In this document: piece by piece, positions 1 to 10,796 of the stretch | Layout of the letters: the number at the start of each line of letters is the position of its first letter | Position numbering within the stretch: position 1 is the stretch's first letter | DNA from: Rhodospirillales bacterium | Lineage (GTDB): Bacteria; Pseudomonadota; Alphaproteobacteria; Bin95 | Length of the DNA: 64,000 nt | Assembly (NCBI GenBank): GCA_038143065.1 | Contig: JAYQLI010000035.1 | Span: 1,600,894-1,664,893 of the forward strand | Direction: 5' to 3' | Notes under the pieces: model-generated | Database searches by the model: none | Told to the model about the DNA's origin: nothing | What the model saw: only the letters and a program-made list of their open reading frames with translations | Made by a program: the position numbers and the translations under genes

Positions 1-84
1 GGATGAAAATTCGGGTCTTGTTTCACACATGATTTCAATTGGGGACTGGCCAGAGCCAAAAGCTCTGAGGTGAACGCATCGTTC

Positions 85-870
85 TTAGTCGTTAAAGTCG
101 ACCATAACAGGTGCATGGTCAGAAGGCTTTTCCCAACCACGGGCTTCCTTAATTACCGAAGCCGCTGACAATGTATCAATCGCAGCACCTAAACCCCAAA
201 TATGATCGAGCCGGCGTCCTCGGTTAGCATGCAACCAATCTTTAGAACGGTAGCGCCACCAGGAGAATAAAGGCGTGGCTTCAGAGATTTTAAGCCTTAC
301 CAAATCCGTCCACCGCCCCAAAGTTTGAGCTTTCTGCAGGGCATCAACCTCGATTGGAGTATGGCTGACAACCTTTAACAAGGCCTTATGAGACCATACG
401 TCATTCGGTAAGGGCGCTACATTAAGATCGCCTACCAGAACAGCATCCGCATGTGTTTGGCTTTGTCCCCAAATTGCCATTTCATCAAGAAAATCTAACT
501 TATGCTGGAATTTACTGTTCACTTCGGCGTCAGGCTCATCTCCGCCAGCAGGTACATAAAAATTGTGAACTGAAAGTCCGCTGTTAAGCTTTACACCGAT
601 ATATCGGCCATCCTGCTTACCGCACCAATCTCGACCTTCCATGCGTTCCATCGGGATGCGGGATAGAGTAGCAACACCATGGTAACCTGGGATTCCCTCC
701 ATCTCGATATATGGAAAGCCAATATTGCGTATTGCCTCAAAGGGAAACTTAGTCTTGTCCGCCTTTATCTCTTGCAGGCAGACAACGTCCACGCCCGTTT
801 CCGAAACCAGCCTTGAAAGGCCATCAAGGCGCAAGCGAACCGAATTTACATTCCAAGTAATCAGACGCAT
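85..870 (-). CDS. xth: Exodeoxyribonuclease III (ExoIII/AP endonuclease)
   Basis: ITWNVNSVR N-terminus, CLQEIK, VGDLNVAP, RLDHI and SDHAPV EEP-family motifs. Confidence 0.95.
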   Translation of the reverse strand: MRLITWNVNSVRLRLDGLSRLVSETGVDVVCLQEIKADKTKFPFEAIRNIGFPYIEMEGIPGYHGVATLSRIPMERMEGRDWCGKQDGRYIGVKLNSGLSVHNFYVPAGGDEPDAEVNSKFQHKLDFLDEMAIWGQSQTHADAVLVGDLNVAPLPNDVWSHKALLKVVSHTPIEVDALQKAQTLGRWTDLVRLKISEATPLFSWWRYRSKDWLHANRGRRLDHIWGLGAAIDTLSAASVIKEARGWEKPSDHAPVMVDFND

Positions 871-1032
871 ATCACAGTCCCTTTAAAGACAAACCAATTC
901 TCTGCATGAAACAAACACTCAGTGCTTTTTACGGACCTACAACATAAAAATTTTAGCCCATCACCAAATCAATGCTTGGCCATTTTCCTAATTGGAATAC
1001 CAATTGCTTCAGAAATTACAGGTGTCCTAAAT

Positions 1033-1983
1033 TCAAGAACTCACAATCGACTCATGTATGCGTTTGATTACTGCTTCAGGATTTTCGAACGGCATCATGT
1101 GGCTAGTGCCATTAATCCTATCAAGCCTTCCTTTTGGCGCTTGCTTCGCGGCGACCCCTTGGGCCATGGTAGCCCAACTTGGAGCAGGACCTTGGGTTGA
1201 GGGGTCACTCTCAACAAAAACGATTGGCCGATTAAATCGCTTTAGTGCCGCAAAAGTTGAGGTATCCATAGTCAGCCGGTAACCAGCCGCCTCCGCCTCT
1301 GCGGGACATCTCAGCTTAAACCCGTCACTATCATCCATTGGCTCGAGGGTTGAATTTACAAATGCTTTGAGCATTTCACGTCGCCAATTGCAGAAACCAG
1401 GTCGTTCTGAAAGCATTTCTGCAAACTTTTCTGGAGACGGCAAAACCTGTTTTCGTTTTGTTGCCCTTACTGAAAGGAGATGGCCGACGGACACCGCTTC
1501 GTCATGCAGCGTAAAGTCTGGTGTTGGAACCAAAGGCGGTTCAAACAAGGTCATGGACCTAAAGGGAGAAAGACCAAAAATTGCACCCATTCTTAGTCCA
1601 GCAAGTCCTGACATAGAATGTGCAGCGAAGTGCAGTGGCTGCAATGGAGAATGCTCTCGCACGGACTTGATTACTGAAATCATATCAATAGCAAGACGAT
1701 CTGCAGTGATCATCCGATCGTAATTACCGCCCGGGTCAGCGGATCCACCATGAGCACGAAGATCAGCTGCAAAAATATCAAAATCCCGCGCTAACTCGTT
1801 GAGCATAGGGCTATAAGCTCCAGCCGAAAAACCGTTAGCATGCCCCCAAAACAGACCAGGTCGCCGACCCGTATTACTACGCCAACCGTAGGCCCTAAGT
1901 GATATATTGTCAGCGCCAGAAACAATCCAATTTCTTGCAAACGAGGTGTCGACGGAGGCAGTGCGGTTTTTCATTTCTAACAA
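1033..1983 (-). CDS. Alpha/beta-fold hydrolase
   Basis: HANGF oxyanion motif, DLRAHGGS, nucleophile elbow AHSMS, C-terminal SHMMPFENP catalytic His. Confidence 0.85.
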   Translation of the reverse strand: MLEMKNRTASVDTSFARNWIVSGADNISLRAYGWRSNTGRRPGLFWGHANGFSAGAYSPMLNELARDFDIFAADLRAHGGSADPGGNYDRMITADRLAIDMISVIKSVREHSPLQPLHFAAHSMSGLAGLRMGAIFGLSPFRSMTLFEPPLVPTPDFTLHDEAVSVGHLLSVRATKRKQVLPSPEKFAEMLSERPGFCNWRREMLKAFVNSTLEPMDDSDGFKLRCPAEAEAAGYRLTMDTSTFAALKRFNRPIVFVESDPSTQGPAPSWATMAQGVAAKQAPKGRLDRINGTSHMMPFENPEAVIKRIHESIVSS

Positions 1984-1986
1984 AAA

Positions 1987-2763
1987 CTATTCTGCCGCTG
2001 CGAGCGATTTGCCGGCAGCATAATTCTTTACTGCAGCTCCAAAGGCCTCAAATAATTTCCGAGAGGGCAGATCTTCTCTGAAGGTTGCTTCAGGATGCCA
2101 TTGAACACCCAACACCCAACCTGGGGCTTGAGGCATTGATATACCTTCAATAACCCCATCTTCAGACATTGCTTCAACCATCATTCCAGGGGCTGGTTCG
2201 TTGACTGCCTGAGCATGCAGAGAATTTACAATCACCTCCTCTGCGCCAAGTATGGCACGCAACCTACCTTCTTCTGCAAGTGTTACTGAGTGGGCTAAAC
2301 CTGCTGTCTGACCAGGAGGCAAAGCTTTATTAGAACGATGGTCGCGCTTCCCTGGCAAAAGGTGCACATACTGATGCAACGTGCCACCCATAGCTACATT
2401 GAGCTCCTGAATACCCCGGCATACTGCAAAAACAGGAATACCTCTCTCAATTGCCCCACGTATCATAGGAAGCGTTGTATTATCTCTATCTAAGTCTATG
2501 ACTGTTTCGGGTGACGCTACGATGTCTCCATAGAAATCTGGATGCACATTCGAGGGACTGCCCGTTAATAGAAGGCCTGAAATATGATCTAAAAGCGGAG
2601 TAGGATCAGCCTTACGCCCCACTGCTGGCATGACAATAGGCAGAACCCCTGACACCTCTACAAGTCCCTCAACATGCCGGTGACTTGCCGTATGCATCTT
2701 GAAAGTATTCACTTCCTTGAGACACGCTGAAACAGCTACAAGCGGGGTATTATTATGACCCAT
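1987..2763 (-). CDS. puuD: Gamma-glutamyl-gamma-aminobutyrate hydrolase family (peptidase C26, class I glutamine amidotransferase-like)
   Basis: LLTGSPSNVHP, AVCRGIQELNVAMGG (catalytic Cys), VNSLHAQ, GVQWHPE (His-Glu). Confidence 0.85.
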   Translation of the reverse strand: MGHNNTPLVAVSACLKEVNTFKMHTASHRHVEGLVEVSGVLPIVMPAVGRKADPTPLLDHISGLLLTGSPSNVHPDFYGDIVASPETVIDLDRDNTTLPMIRGAIERGIPVFAVCRGIQELNVAMGGTLHQYVHLLPGKRDHRSNKALPPGQTAGLAHSVTLAEEGRLRAILGAEEVIVNSLHAQAVNEPAPGMMVEAMSEDGVIEGISMPQAPGWVLGVQWHPEATFREDLPSRKLFEAFGAAVKNYAAGKSLAAAE

Positions 2764-2847
2764 AGATTCTTCTCAATGGCCCAGAAATTTATTAGAACCC
2801 TACTTCTAGCCTAAACTTGAATTTAAACCAATTGAGAGTTCCCGACA

Positions 2848-3516
2848 TTAGTTCAGACGCGGAGGCTCATCGTCATTAGCTGCTTCGGGACGAGATGACA
2901 GCTCTAGTAAGGCTTGCAGCATCTTCGCCCTATCCAAAATTGTTTGGCTTTCTAGCAAAGCTTGTTTCTCAGCTGGGAAAAACGGACATGCCATCGCAAG
3001 AGCATTAACCAAAGGTTCATCTTTCAAACGAGAAATGGCTTGCTCATCAGTACTTAAACCTCGTCCCCCAAGATACTCAAAGAATGCAGCTAACAGCGTA
3101 TCTCGCTTGATATCTGTTGCTACGTCCTGAGTGCTAAGATCAGACAGAAACTCAGAATAATCTGGTCTTACAATTCTATACCCGTGTTTTAATGGAAGCT
3201 CTTCAGCAACTCTAAATCGAGTTACACCCTCTAACGTTAGTTGCCAGCGACCATCCTCAAGCCTCTCTTCATTAACAATCCGGCCCAGACATGCCACAGG
3301 ATAAATTTCAGGATTAACCTCGGAACTTGAAGGGTCGCGCGGTTGCACCATTGCGATCATACCATCGCCTGCCAGTGCATCTTCTGTCATGGATCGGTAG
3401 CGCGGCTCAAATATATGCAGGGGCAAGTGTGCTCGCGGTAGCAGTAAAACGCCGGCGAGAGGAAACACGGGCACGTTGGATGGTAAACCCGCTGAAGGGT
3501 TGCTTGTAACCATCAT
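2848..3516 (-). CDS. Stand-alone LON peptidase substrate-binding (Lon-N) domain protein
   Basis: PVFPL...LPLHIFEPRYRSM, EKQALLE; lies directly downstream of cnoX as is usual in alphaproteobacteria. Confidence 0.9.
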   Translation of the reverse strand: MMVTSNPSAGLPSNVPVFPLAGVLLLPRAHLPLHIFEPRYRSMTEDALAGDGMIAMVQPRDPSSSEVNPEIYPVACLGRIVNEERLEDGRWQLTLEGVTRFRVAEELPLKHGYRIVRPDYSEFLSDLSTQDVATDIKRDTLLAAFFEYLGGRGLSTDEQAISRLKDEPLVNALAMACPFFPAEKQALLESQTILDRAKMLQALLELSSRPEAANDDEPPRLN

Positions 3517-3524
3517 TTCACCTT

Positions 3525-4445
3525 CTAAGAAAACAGTATTGAAGATAGACGACGTCGAGCCGCCAGAGTCTGTTCATCCATAGGACCCCAAGCCTCAAAG
3601 AACTTTACAAGCTGCTTGCGGGCAGCCTCTTCATTCCAGGAGCGGTCTGCAGCAACAATTTCGAGCATTGCGTTTGCTGCTTCCTCCGCCATTTCTGCTG
3701 CAAAGTATGCCATGCCAAGATCGAAACGTACTTGATGATTTTTCGGATCGGCATCTACCTGTTGACGCAATTCTTCGACTTCTGCCATGTCAGACCCAAC
3801 TGTCTGCCCCGCCAAATCAACGGCGGACACAGCGCTAGCAACAAAAGGATCGCTTCTGTCTTTTTCTGGGATCCGTCCAATAAAATCTTTCGCATTTTCC
3901 AGATCATCTTCAGCTAAAGCTGCTCGAGCGAGACCTGCGAGCGCAACAGAGTTCTCAGGTTCATGCTGCAATACCTGGGCAAAGATATTCGCTGCAGTTG
4001 GCCAATCGCCCGCTTCGCCTGCATCTTTGGCTTGATCTATTGCTTCTTCGATTGGGCTCTTTACCTCCCCGCCCACCAAACGCTCTACAAAACTTCTGAC
4101 CTGGCTTTCAGGAACAGCCCCCTGGAAACCATCCACTGGACGGCCCTGCTTAAAGCCATAAACCATCGGAATAGACTGAATTCGCAGTTGCTGAGCAATC
4201 TGCTGATTTTCGTCAATATTCACCTTCACCATGCGAACCTTGCCTTGGGCCGCATGAACGACCTTCTCCAAGACTGGTGTTAATTGTTTGCAAGGTCCGC
4301 ACCAAGGTGCCCAAAAATCAACTATTACAGGCGTTTCATTGGAGGCCTCAATCACATCTGCCATGAAGTTAGCCATGTCAGTATCTTTAATCAGCGCCGA
4401 GCCGTCTGGCGGTGTCATTCCGCCCGCATTACCTAGGTTTTCCAT
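3525..4445 (-). CDS. cnoX: Chaperedoxin CnoX/YbbN (thioredoxin + TPR domains)
   Basis: VDFWAPWCGPCKQL thioredoxin motif, TPR-like helices, C-terminal RRRLSSILFS; start set at ATG 4445 (MENLG), although the ORF track extends to 4493. Confidence 0.9.
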   Translation of the reverse strand: MENLGNAGGMTPPDGSALIKDTDMANFMADVIEASNETPVIVDFWAPWCGPCKQLTPVLEKVVHAAQGKVRMVKVNIDENQQIAQQLRIQSIPMVYGFKQGRPVDGFQGAVPESQVRSFVERLVGGEVKSPIEEAIDQAKDAGEAGDWPTAANIFAQVLQHEPENSVALAGLARAALAEDDLENAKDFIGRIPEKDRSDPFVASAVSAVDLAGQTVGSDMAEVEELRQQVDADPKNHQVRFDLGMAYFAAEMAEEAANAMLEIVAADRSWNEEAARKQLVKFFEAWGPMDEQTLAARRRLSSILFS

Positions 4446-4814
4446 GATGAACGCTGTCCTGTCTAAAATCTTTTTTCTAGGTCTAGTGCACACACTTAAG
4501 CATTAGCCACAGATATTACAAAATTTGAGGGATAGTTACTTGATCCTAGCCTCTATCAAAATGAGGCGTTTTGCGCAATTTTCAACACATTTAAGACTTT
4601 TGCAGCGCTAATAAAATTTTTCTTTAACCAGCACCGGCTGCGGAAAAACACATTCGACAGCTCGCACTAAGGACAAATTTTGCGTGCACTTAAGGAATCA
4701 AAAACCTAAACCTCACAGCCTTTAAAAATCACCAATTAAAATCACTTCTTAAATGGCCGCTTCCCAAACCCTGCTGATCAAACTAAAACATAATCAGATC
4801 TGGGGGCTGAGGCG

Positions 4815-5227
4815 ATGGCAAAACTTACGCAGTTGGAAAGGCTCTGCGAAAAAAGGGCCTCAAAATGACCGATCAGCGTCGGATCATAGCTCGTGTTATA
4901 TCCAACGCCGAAGATCATCCAGACGTAGAGACTGTCTACAGACGTGCGACGGAAATAGACCCCCGTATTTCTATAGCCACCGTATATCGCTCACTTAAGC
5001 TATTCGAAGACGCAAATATTTTAGTCCGTCACGACTTTGGTGAAGGCAGAGCTAGGTACGAAGAGACCGGCGAACATCATGAACATCTTATTGATATTGA
5101 AAGCGGCGAGGTTATCGAATTCGTCGATGCAGAGCTGGAAGCCTTGAAAGAGCGAGTAGCAGCAAGGCTAGGCTATGATCTAATTGACCATCGTCTTGAA
5201 TTATATGGCCGGAAACGCAGAGGTTGA
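4815..5227 (+). CDS. fur: Fur-family metalloregulator (alphaproteobacterial Fur/Mur type); one frameshift in the A-run at ~4849-4854
   Basis: MTDQRRIIARV..DHPDVETVY..ISIATVYRSLKLFE..HHEHLID; adding one A joins the upstream ATG 4815 (MAKLTQLERLCEKKGLK) in frame. Confidence 0.88.
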
Positions 5228-5233
5228 TTTTAG

Positions 5234-6871
5234 CTAGGACGAAGAAGTGTAGCCTGCGCGCTGATCGGCCAATTTCAATTCAGGATCACGTCTAGCAGGA
5301 TCTCCCCAACCTCCGCCTCCGGAAGTGTCCAGCCGAACCATATCACCACGCTTTAGTTGTACACCTGAAATTTTTGATGGAAGAAGTTCGGATTTGCCGT
5401 CCCTGGTCAAAATAAATCTTCCAGGAGTTCCTGGTTTGCCGCCGTTGAGGCCATACGGGGGAAATCTAAAACGATCAAAATTTCCCGACAACACTCCCCA
5501 ATCGGCATCTAACCGCCACTCTCGTGCAAGACCTAACCCTCCTCTGTATTCGCCGTCACCGCCTGAATCTGGGATAAGACCATATTGAGTGAACGTTACT
5601 GGAAAAAGTGCTTCGCACATTTCTAAGGGTGAATTTGCCAAATTATGAAAACCCGCGGAGAAGCCACTTGCACCATCGGCTTCTGGATGACCACCCCAGC
5701 CTCCCACTTCGATCTCAAAATACACCCTCCTTTCACCAGAAGTATCAGGTGCGGACAAAGCTGCCACATAGGAAACGCCGTAATAAGCGGCGGGAATGGT
5801 GTTTGGAATAGCTTTAGCCAATGCCCCTAAGACCGTTGTCACAATCCTGTGGCCAGTTGCCATTCTATTGGCTACGGGAGCTGGAGGTTTTGCTGAAACG
5901 ATAGTCCCTTCTTCCGCAATTATGTCAATTGCACGATAAGCACCCGTGTTAGCCATGACTCTCCCACCGGCGGCCATGAGGAGAGCGCAATACACGCCTG
6001 ACTTAGCCATATTCAACGTGCAATTTACAGGGCCAGGCACTTGCGGACTGGAACCAGATAAGTCAACACGAGCTGTATCGCCGTCTATGATTACAGTGGC
6101 ATTAATTTTTATGCCTATTGCATCCTGACCATCATCATCAACGAAGTCTTCAAACGCATATGTTCCATTTGGCATATCGGAGATAGCTTCGCGCATTGCA
6201 AATTCTGATTGATCTAACACTGCGGCCATAGCAGCTTCCACTGTTGCTATTCCATATCGGTCGACCAGTCGAAGAATTGCACGTGCTCCGACATCAAGAG
6301 CCGCAAGCTGTGCGGCTACATCCCCCCCAATTTTCTCTGGCTCACGGCTATTACGACGAATTACATCAAGAATTGCGGAATTTGGACGACCTGCCTCGAC
6401 CAATTTTATTGGAGGCAAACGAAGACCTTCTTGAAAAACCTCCTGAGCACTTGCAAAATAACTACCCGGAGCACCTCCACCTATGTCCACGTGATGAACG
6501 ATTGTCGCTGAAATTGCGACTCGCTGACCGTCCTTGAAAATTGGTTTGTAAGCAACAAAATCTGGCAAATGTTGGCCACCAGCGTAAGGGTCATTAGTTA
6601 AAATAACGTCACCTTCCTGCCATTCAGACAGTGGTATCCAGTTAGAGACAATTTCTTCAAGGCAAACTGACATACTGTTGAGATGAACTGGGATGCGCGT
6701 TGATTGAGCTACAGCATTTCCCAAACCATCAAAGATCGCTGTTGAATAATCTAGAGTTTCGCGAACTACCGTTGATCGAGCCGTTCGCCAAATAGAGATA
6801 TTCATTTCCTCTGAAGCGGCTACCAGCGCGTTCCTGATTACTTCAAGACGAATTGGATCAATATCAACCAT
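5234..6871 (-). CDS. Hydantoinase B / 5-oxoprolinase family subunit
   Basis: DPIRLEVIRN N-terminus, NDPYAGGQHLPD, HHVDIGG, FQEGLRLPP, SGGGGWGDP; start 6871 overlaps the hyuA stop. Confidence 0.92.
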   Translation of the reverse strand: MVDIDPIRLEVIRNALVAASEEMNISIWRTARSTVVRETLDYSTAIFDGLGNAVAQSTRIPVHLNSMSVCLEEIVSNWIPLSEWQEGDVILTNDPYAGGQHLPDFVAYKPIFKDGQRVAISATIVHHVDIGGGAPGSYFASAQEVFQEGLRLPPIKLVEAGRPNSAILDVIRRNSREPEKIGGDVAAQLAALDVGARAILRLVDRYGIATVEAAMAAVLDQSEFAMREAISDMPNGTYAFEDFVDDDGQDAIGIKINATVIIDGDTARVDLSGSSPQVPGPVNCTLNMAKSGVYCALLMAAGGRVMANTGAYRAIDIIAEEGTIVSAKPPAPVANRMATGHRIVTTVLGALAKAIPNTIPAAYYGVSYVAALSAPDTSGERRVYFEIEVGGWGGHPEADGASGFSAGFHNLANSPLEMCEALFPVTFTQYGLIPDSGGDGEYRGGLGLAREWRLDADWGVLSGNFDRFRFPPYGLNGGKPGTPGRFILTRDGKSELLPSKISGVQLKRGDMVRLDTSGGGGWGDPARRDPELKLADQRAGYTSSS

Positions 6872-8945
6872 GAGCGTATCTCTTTTCTGCGACAAGGTCT
6901 CCTCCGGACACCATCTCCGCTTCCCAACCAGAACCGATGATAAGTGTGGTAAAGGCTTCCTCAACAACGCATGGTCCACTCATGCGCGCACCCTCTCTTA
7001 AATGTTCACGAGAATAAATTGGTGCATTAACCCAAGCACCTTCAAACCAGATCCGGCGACTGCCACGCTCTGCCGATTGGCTTGTGGTATCAACGACTGG
7101 GTTAGATATACGTGGCGCCTGCATCTTTCCTATGGCGGCCAAGCGCAATGTTGCTATTTCTACGGTATCTCTTTCATCTGCATGGGCAAACCTGCGCAAA
7201 TGCTCTGAGTGGAATCTTTGCACTAAATCCGACACCGTTTCAGGTGTGATTGAAACATCACCCCATTTAATTACCAATTCATAGGCTTGGCCGAGATACC
7301 GCATGTCCGCGCTAAATTCGTAGACCCGGTCTTTCTCTAGCACCCCATCACGAATGAGAGCTGCCTCTGCCTCACTACGGAGGTCTAAAGCCATTTCAGT
7401 GAGAGCAGATAATGTCTCGTCTTGACCTCCATGATTAGCCTTAAGCCGCCTTGACCGAGCAAGATCATGACGGAGATCCGCACCTAAGATTCCACGAGCA
7501 GATAATGTTGAAGCATTTGAGGGAAAAATGATGCGATTGATGTTGAGGGCATCAGCTAACGCGCTGGCATGAAGTCCTCCAGCCCCTCCAAATGGAGCGA
7601 GAACAAAGTCGGATGGATCTGCGCCCTTTTCAAATAGTGAAAGCCGAATTGCATCAGCCATTCGGGCGTCTGCCACTTCAAGTATGCCAGCTGCCGCAGG
7701 CTCTGATGAAAGATTTAAAGGTTCGGCAACATGATCATTTATAGCTTTGAGTGCACCAGCATCATCTAGACGCATGGTGCCCCCAAGGAAGCTAGGGGCG
7801 TCAATTCGTGCCAGCGCTACATTTGCATCAGTAACCGCTGGTTGTATTCCACCACGACTGTAGCAAACAGGGCCAGGGTTTGCGCCTGCACTTTCTGGGC
7901 CTACTCGAAGACCGTCACCTTCCACACGAGCAATTGAACCACCTCCAGCTCCAATGGTTCGAATTTCAATCATTGGTAACCTAACTGGCAGCCCATCAAT
8001 ATTGCCTTCAGGGGTCTGGCCAATGGCGCCTTCAGCCACGACCGCAATGTCAGCACTTGTCCCACCCATATCAATACCGACAAGATTTGAAATCCCATGC
8101 CGCCCAGCTAGACTTGCCATGGCCATAGCTCCACCTGCAGGGCCTGAAAGCAAAAGCTTTGCAGGAAGACGAGCTGCCTCTGCTGGCCTTGCTACCCCGC
8201 CATTGGATTGCACTAAATATAAAGAAGCAGATACACCAATCGCTTCTAATCTGCCTTCAACCTGCTCCAGGTACTTAGAAACAACCGGCTTGAGTAAGGC
8301 ATTAAGTGCAGTTGTCGAGAAACGCTCAAATTCTCTAATTTCTGGGCTTACTTCATGAGAGGCAGAAACAGCTAAATTGGGAACAGACTGCGCTAGAATT
8401 TCTAGAGCCTCCTGCTCATGCGCAGGATTTGCATAAGAATTAAGGAAAGCTAAAGCAATGGCCTCAATGCCTTCCTGCTCCAATTTTTTCGCTAGAGCTT
8501 CAAGCGCTTTTTTATCAATTGGTGTTTCAACAGACCCATCGTAGCGAACGCGCTCAGCTACCCCAAAACGATACTCCCTTGGGATTAGGAGACTTCGAGA
8601 CTCTGCCTTGAGACTGTACAACTCTTGCCGCATGTGCCGTCCAATCTCTAGCACATCCTCAAATCCAGCCGTGGTAATCATCGCACCCTTTGGTAATTTG
8701 CGCTCCAGTACCGCATTAGTTGCTATCGTGGTGCCGTGTAAAAGCAAACCAATATCAGTTAGCTCAAAGTCACAGAGCGCAGCGACTTCCTGCAAGCCAA
8801 TCCCAAGGCCTCGCGAGGGATCGTCTGGCGTAGACGGTGTTTTATGAGCAAAAGACCCCCCAGATCGGCTGTCGTAAACTTCTATGTCGGTGAATGTACC
8901 GCCAATGTCGACAGCTATCCGAATGGGTCGAGGGCTTGATGACAT
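6864..8945 (-). CDS. Hydantoinase A / 5-oxoprolinase family ATP-binding subunit
   Basis: VDIGGTFTD, HGTTIATNAVLERK, LSGPAGG, DMGGTSAD, IGAGGGSIA, ESAGANPGP, FGGAGGLH, DMRYLGQ. Confidence 0.93.
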   Translation of the reverse strand: MSSSPRPIRIAVDIGGTFTDIEVYDSRSGGSFAHKTPSTPDDPSRGLGIGLQEVAALCDFELTDIGLLLHGTTIATNAVLERKLPKGAMITTAGFEDVLEIGRHMRQELYSLKAESRSLLIPREYRFGVAERVRYDGSVETPIDKKALEALAKKLEQEGIEAIALAFLNSYANPAHEQEALEILAQSVPNLAVSASHEVSPEIREFERFSTTALNALLKPVVSKYLEQVEGRLEAIGVSASLYLVQSNGGVARPAEAARLPAKLLLSGPAGGAMAMASLAGRHGISNLVGIDMGGTSADIAVVAEGAIGQTPEGNIDGLPVRLPMIEIRTIGAGGGSIARVEGDGLRVGPESAGANPGPVCYSRGGIQPAVTDANVALARIDAPSFLGGTMRLDDAGALKAINDHVAEPLNLSSEPAAAGILEVADARMADAIRLSLFEKGADPSDFVLAPFGGAGGLHASALADALNINRIIFPSNASTLSARGILGADLRHDLARSRRLKANHGGQDETLSALTEMALDLRSEAEAALIRDGVLEKDRVYEFSADMRYLGQAYELVIKWGDVSITPETVSDLVQRFHSEHLRRFAHADERDTVEIATLRLAAIGKMQAPRISNPVVDTTSQSAERGSRRIWFEGAWVNAPIYSREHLREGARMSGPCVVEEAFTTLIIGSGWEAEMVSGGDLVAEKRYAHG

Positions 8946-8987
8946 GAACTTATATTCTTTCGGAATTAAAAATGCAGCGACAGTTTC

Positions 8988-10226
8988 TTAAACTGCTTTA
9001 GTTCCTGCAAGTGCTGCTGATTGTCCTGCCAATCCCATTGCATGCTTCATTAAAAGACGTTTCATCGGAGGTGCCTTATCGACGGCGGCAAGTCCAAGAG
9101 ACCGAACAAGCGTAAGTCCTGGAAGACTATTCGAGAAAAGTCTATTGAGACTATCGGTGGCCGTGACCAGACCAGCTGCATCCATAAAACGCGCCGCCTG
9201 GTATGCGGACAGAATATCAGGAGACGCAGGGTCTAAGCCAAGCTCTAATTGTTCGCCAACGCGCATTGCAAGTTCTGCTGAATCTCGGAGACCAAGGTTG
9301 AACCCTTGCCCAGCAATAGGATGGATAGCCCGAGCAGCATCGCCAACAAGAGCTAGTCTTGGTCCTATCATTTTCTCGGCTCTTACGAGTGCAAGTGGAA
9401 AAGATCCAATGGGACCAACAGAACAAACATGACCAAATTGGTCGCCGAAGCGTATTGCAAGCTCACGGTCAAAACTCTCACGTTCTAATTCCAAAAGCCG
9501 AGCCGCTTGCAGATTGCCTTCCGTCCAAACTACCGATGATTGATGTGGCCAAGGGGCATCGCTATCCTGATTGTCGGGCAATGGCAAAATTGCAAATGGA
9601 CCTGATGCCAGGAAACGTTCGTGTGCAGAGTTGCCGTGGGGAAATTGATGAGCGACAGTAGTTACGATGGATATTTGACCATAATTTGACCTGCGTTCTT
9701 TAATTCCAGCGCTCTGCCGCGTCGGAGAACCACGCCCATCCGCGCCTACCAAAAGACGCGCGTTGACAAGTCGACTATCAGAGAGCTCTGCCCGAACTGT
9801 ACCTGTGAGTTGTTCAGTAGAACTGATCGAAACCCCAGAGATAAGCTTTATTCGAGGGGTTGCTGACACAACCTCAAATTTTGCCTTCCACAAGGAAGAA
9901 TTTGGCACGACGCAACCTAAGGCTCCTTCATTTAACCAGTCGCCTGGATAATGGAGGTAAAAAGGGGAGTCGCGATCAATGATGCGAATTTCTTTGATTG
10001 CACCGCCAAGCCAATCAGGCTGCCAAACCCCCAATCGATCCAAAATCCGCATGGAGCCTTGAGCAATGGCCGTTGTGCGCCAATCTTTATTTGGGTCGGA
10101 AAGTTGTTCCTCTGACAGCGGATCGACGATAGTTACGGATGCCCCTCTCTCGGCAAGCAAAAGAGCCACTGCGAGACCATTAAGCCCGGCTCCAGCAACA
10201 AGAATGTCGGTGTTAAGATCAGCCAT
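8988..10226 (-). CDS. UbiH/UbiL/COQ6-family FAD-dependent ubiquinone biosynthesis hydroxylase
   Basis: GAGLNG Rossmann motif, GADG, FLASGPFAILP, GDAARAIHPIAGQGFNLGLRD; divergent from glnK. Confidence 0.9.
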   Translation of the reverse strand: MADLNTDILVAGAGLNGLAVALLLAERGASVTIVDPLSEEQLSDPNKDWRTTAIAQGSMRILDRLGVWQPDWLGGAIKEIRIIDRDSPFYLHYPGDWLNEGALGCVVPNSSLWKAKFEVVSATPRIKLISGVSISSTEQLTGTVRAELSDSRLVNARLLVGADGRGSPTRQSAGIKERRSNYGQISIVTTVAHQFPHGNSAHERFLASGPFAILPLPDNQDSDAPWPHQSSVVWTEGNLQAARLLELERESFDRELAIRFGDQFGHVCSVGPIGSFPLALVRAEKMIGPRLALVGDAARAIHPIAGQGFNLGLRDSAELAMRVGEQLELGLDPASPDILSAYQAARFMDAAGLVTATDSLNRLFSNSLPGLTLVRSLGLAAVDKAPPMKRLLMKHAMGLAGQSAALAGTKAV

Positions 10227-10279
10227 ACCTTACATCATAGACCAGTCATAAACTAAAACCATCCATCGCACTTGAACTA

Positions 10280-10329
10280 TGTCTAAAAATTAATCTGCCT
10301 ATTTTTTAAACATGTCTATTTTTTAATCA
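10280..10329. promoter_or_regulatory. Three tandem imperfect 16-17 bp repeats resembling NtrC enhancer boxes
   Basis: tgtctaaaaattaatc (10280-10295), tgcctattttttaaaca (10296-10312), tgtctattttttaatca (10313-10329); TG..N13..CA shape resembles TGCACC-N5-GGTGCA; located 50-100 bp upstream of a sigma54 promoter. Confidence 0.55.
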
Positions 10330-10381
10330 TCTATAAGGTTTTGCCCAATGTAGAGCACTGACATTATTTGTTTTTTTATTT

Positions 10382-10397
10382 TGGCATGAATATTGCT
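10382..10397 (+). promoter_or_regulatory. Sigma54 (RpoN) -24/-12 promoter of glnK-amtB
   Basis: TGGCATGAATATTGCT: GG at 10383-84, exactly 10 nt, GC at 10395-96; about 46 nt before the glnK ATG. Confidence 0.85.
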
Positions 10398-10403
10398 ACG
10401 TAA

Positions 10404-10781
<378 letters not shown>

Positions 10782-10796
10782 GGAGAGACTGATAAA

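Noticed and set aside
1-84. Possible start of a next minus-strand gene after xth
   Set aside because: Too short to assign
4446-4814. Fur box, RpoH promoter or CtrA (TTAA-N7-TTAA) site in the cnoX-fur intergenic region
   Set aside because: No correctly spaced match found
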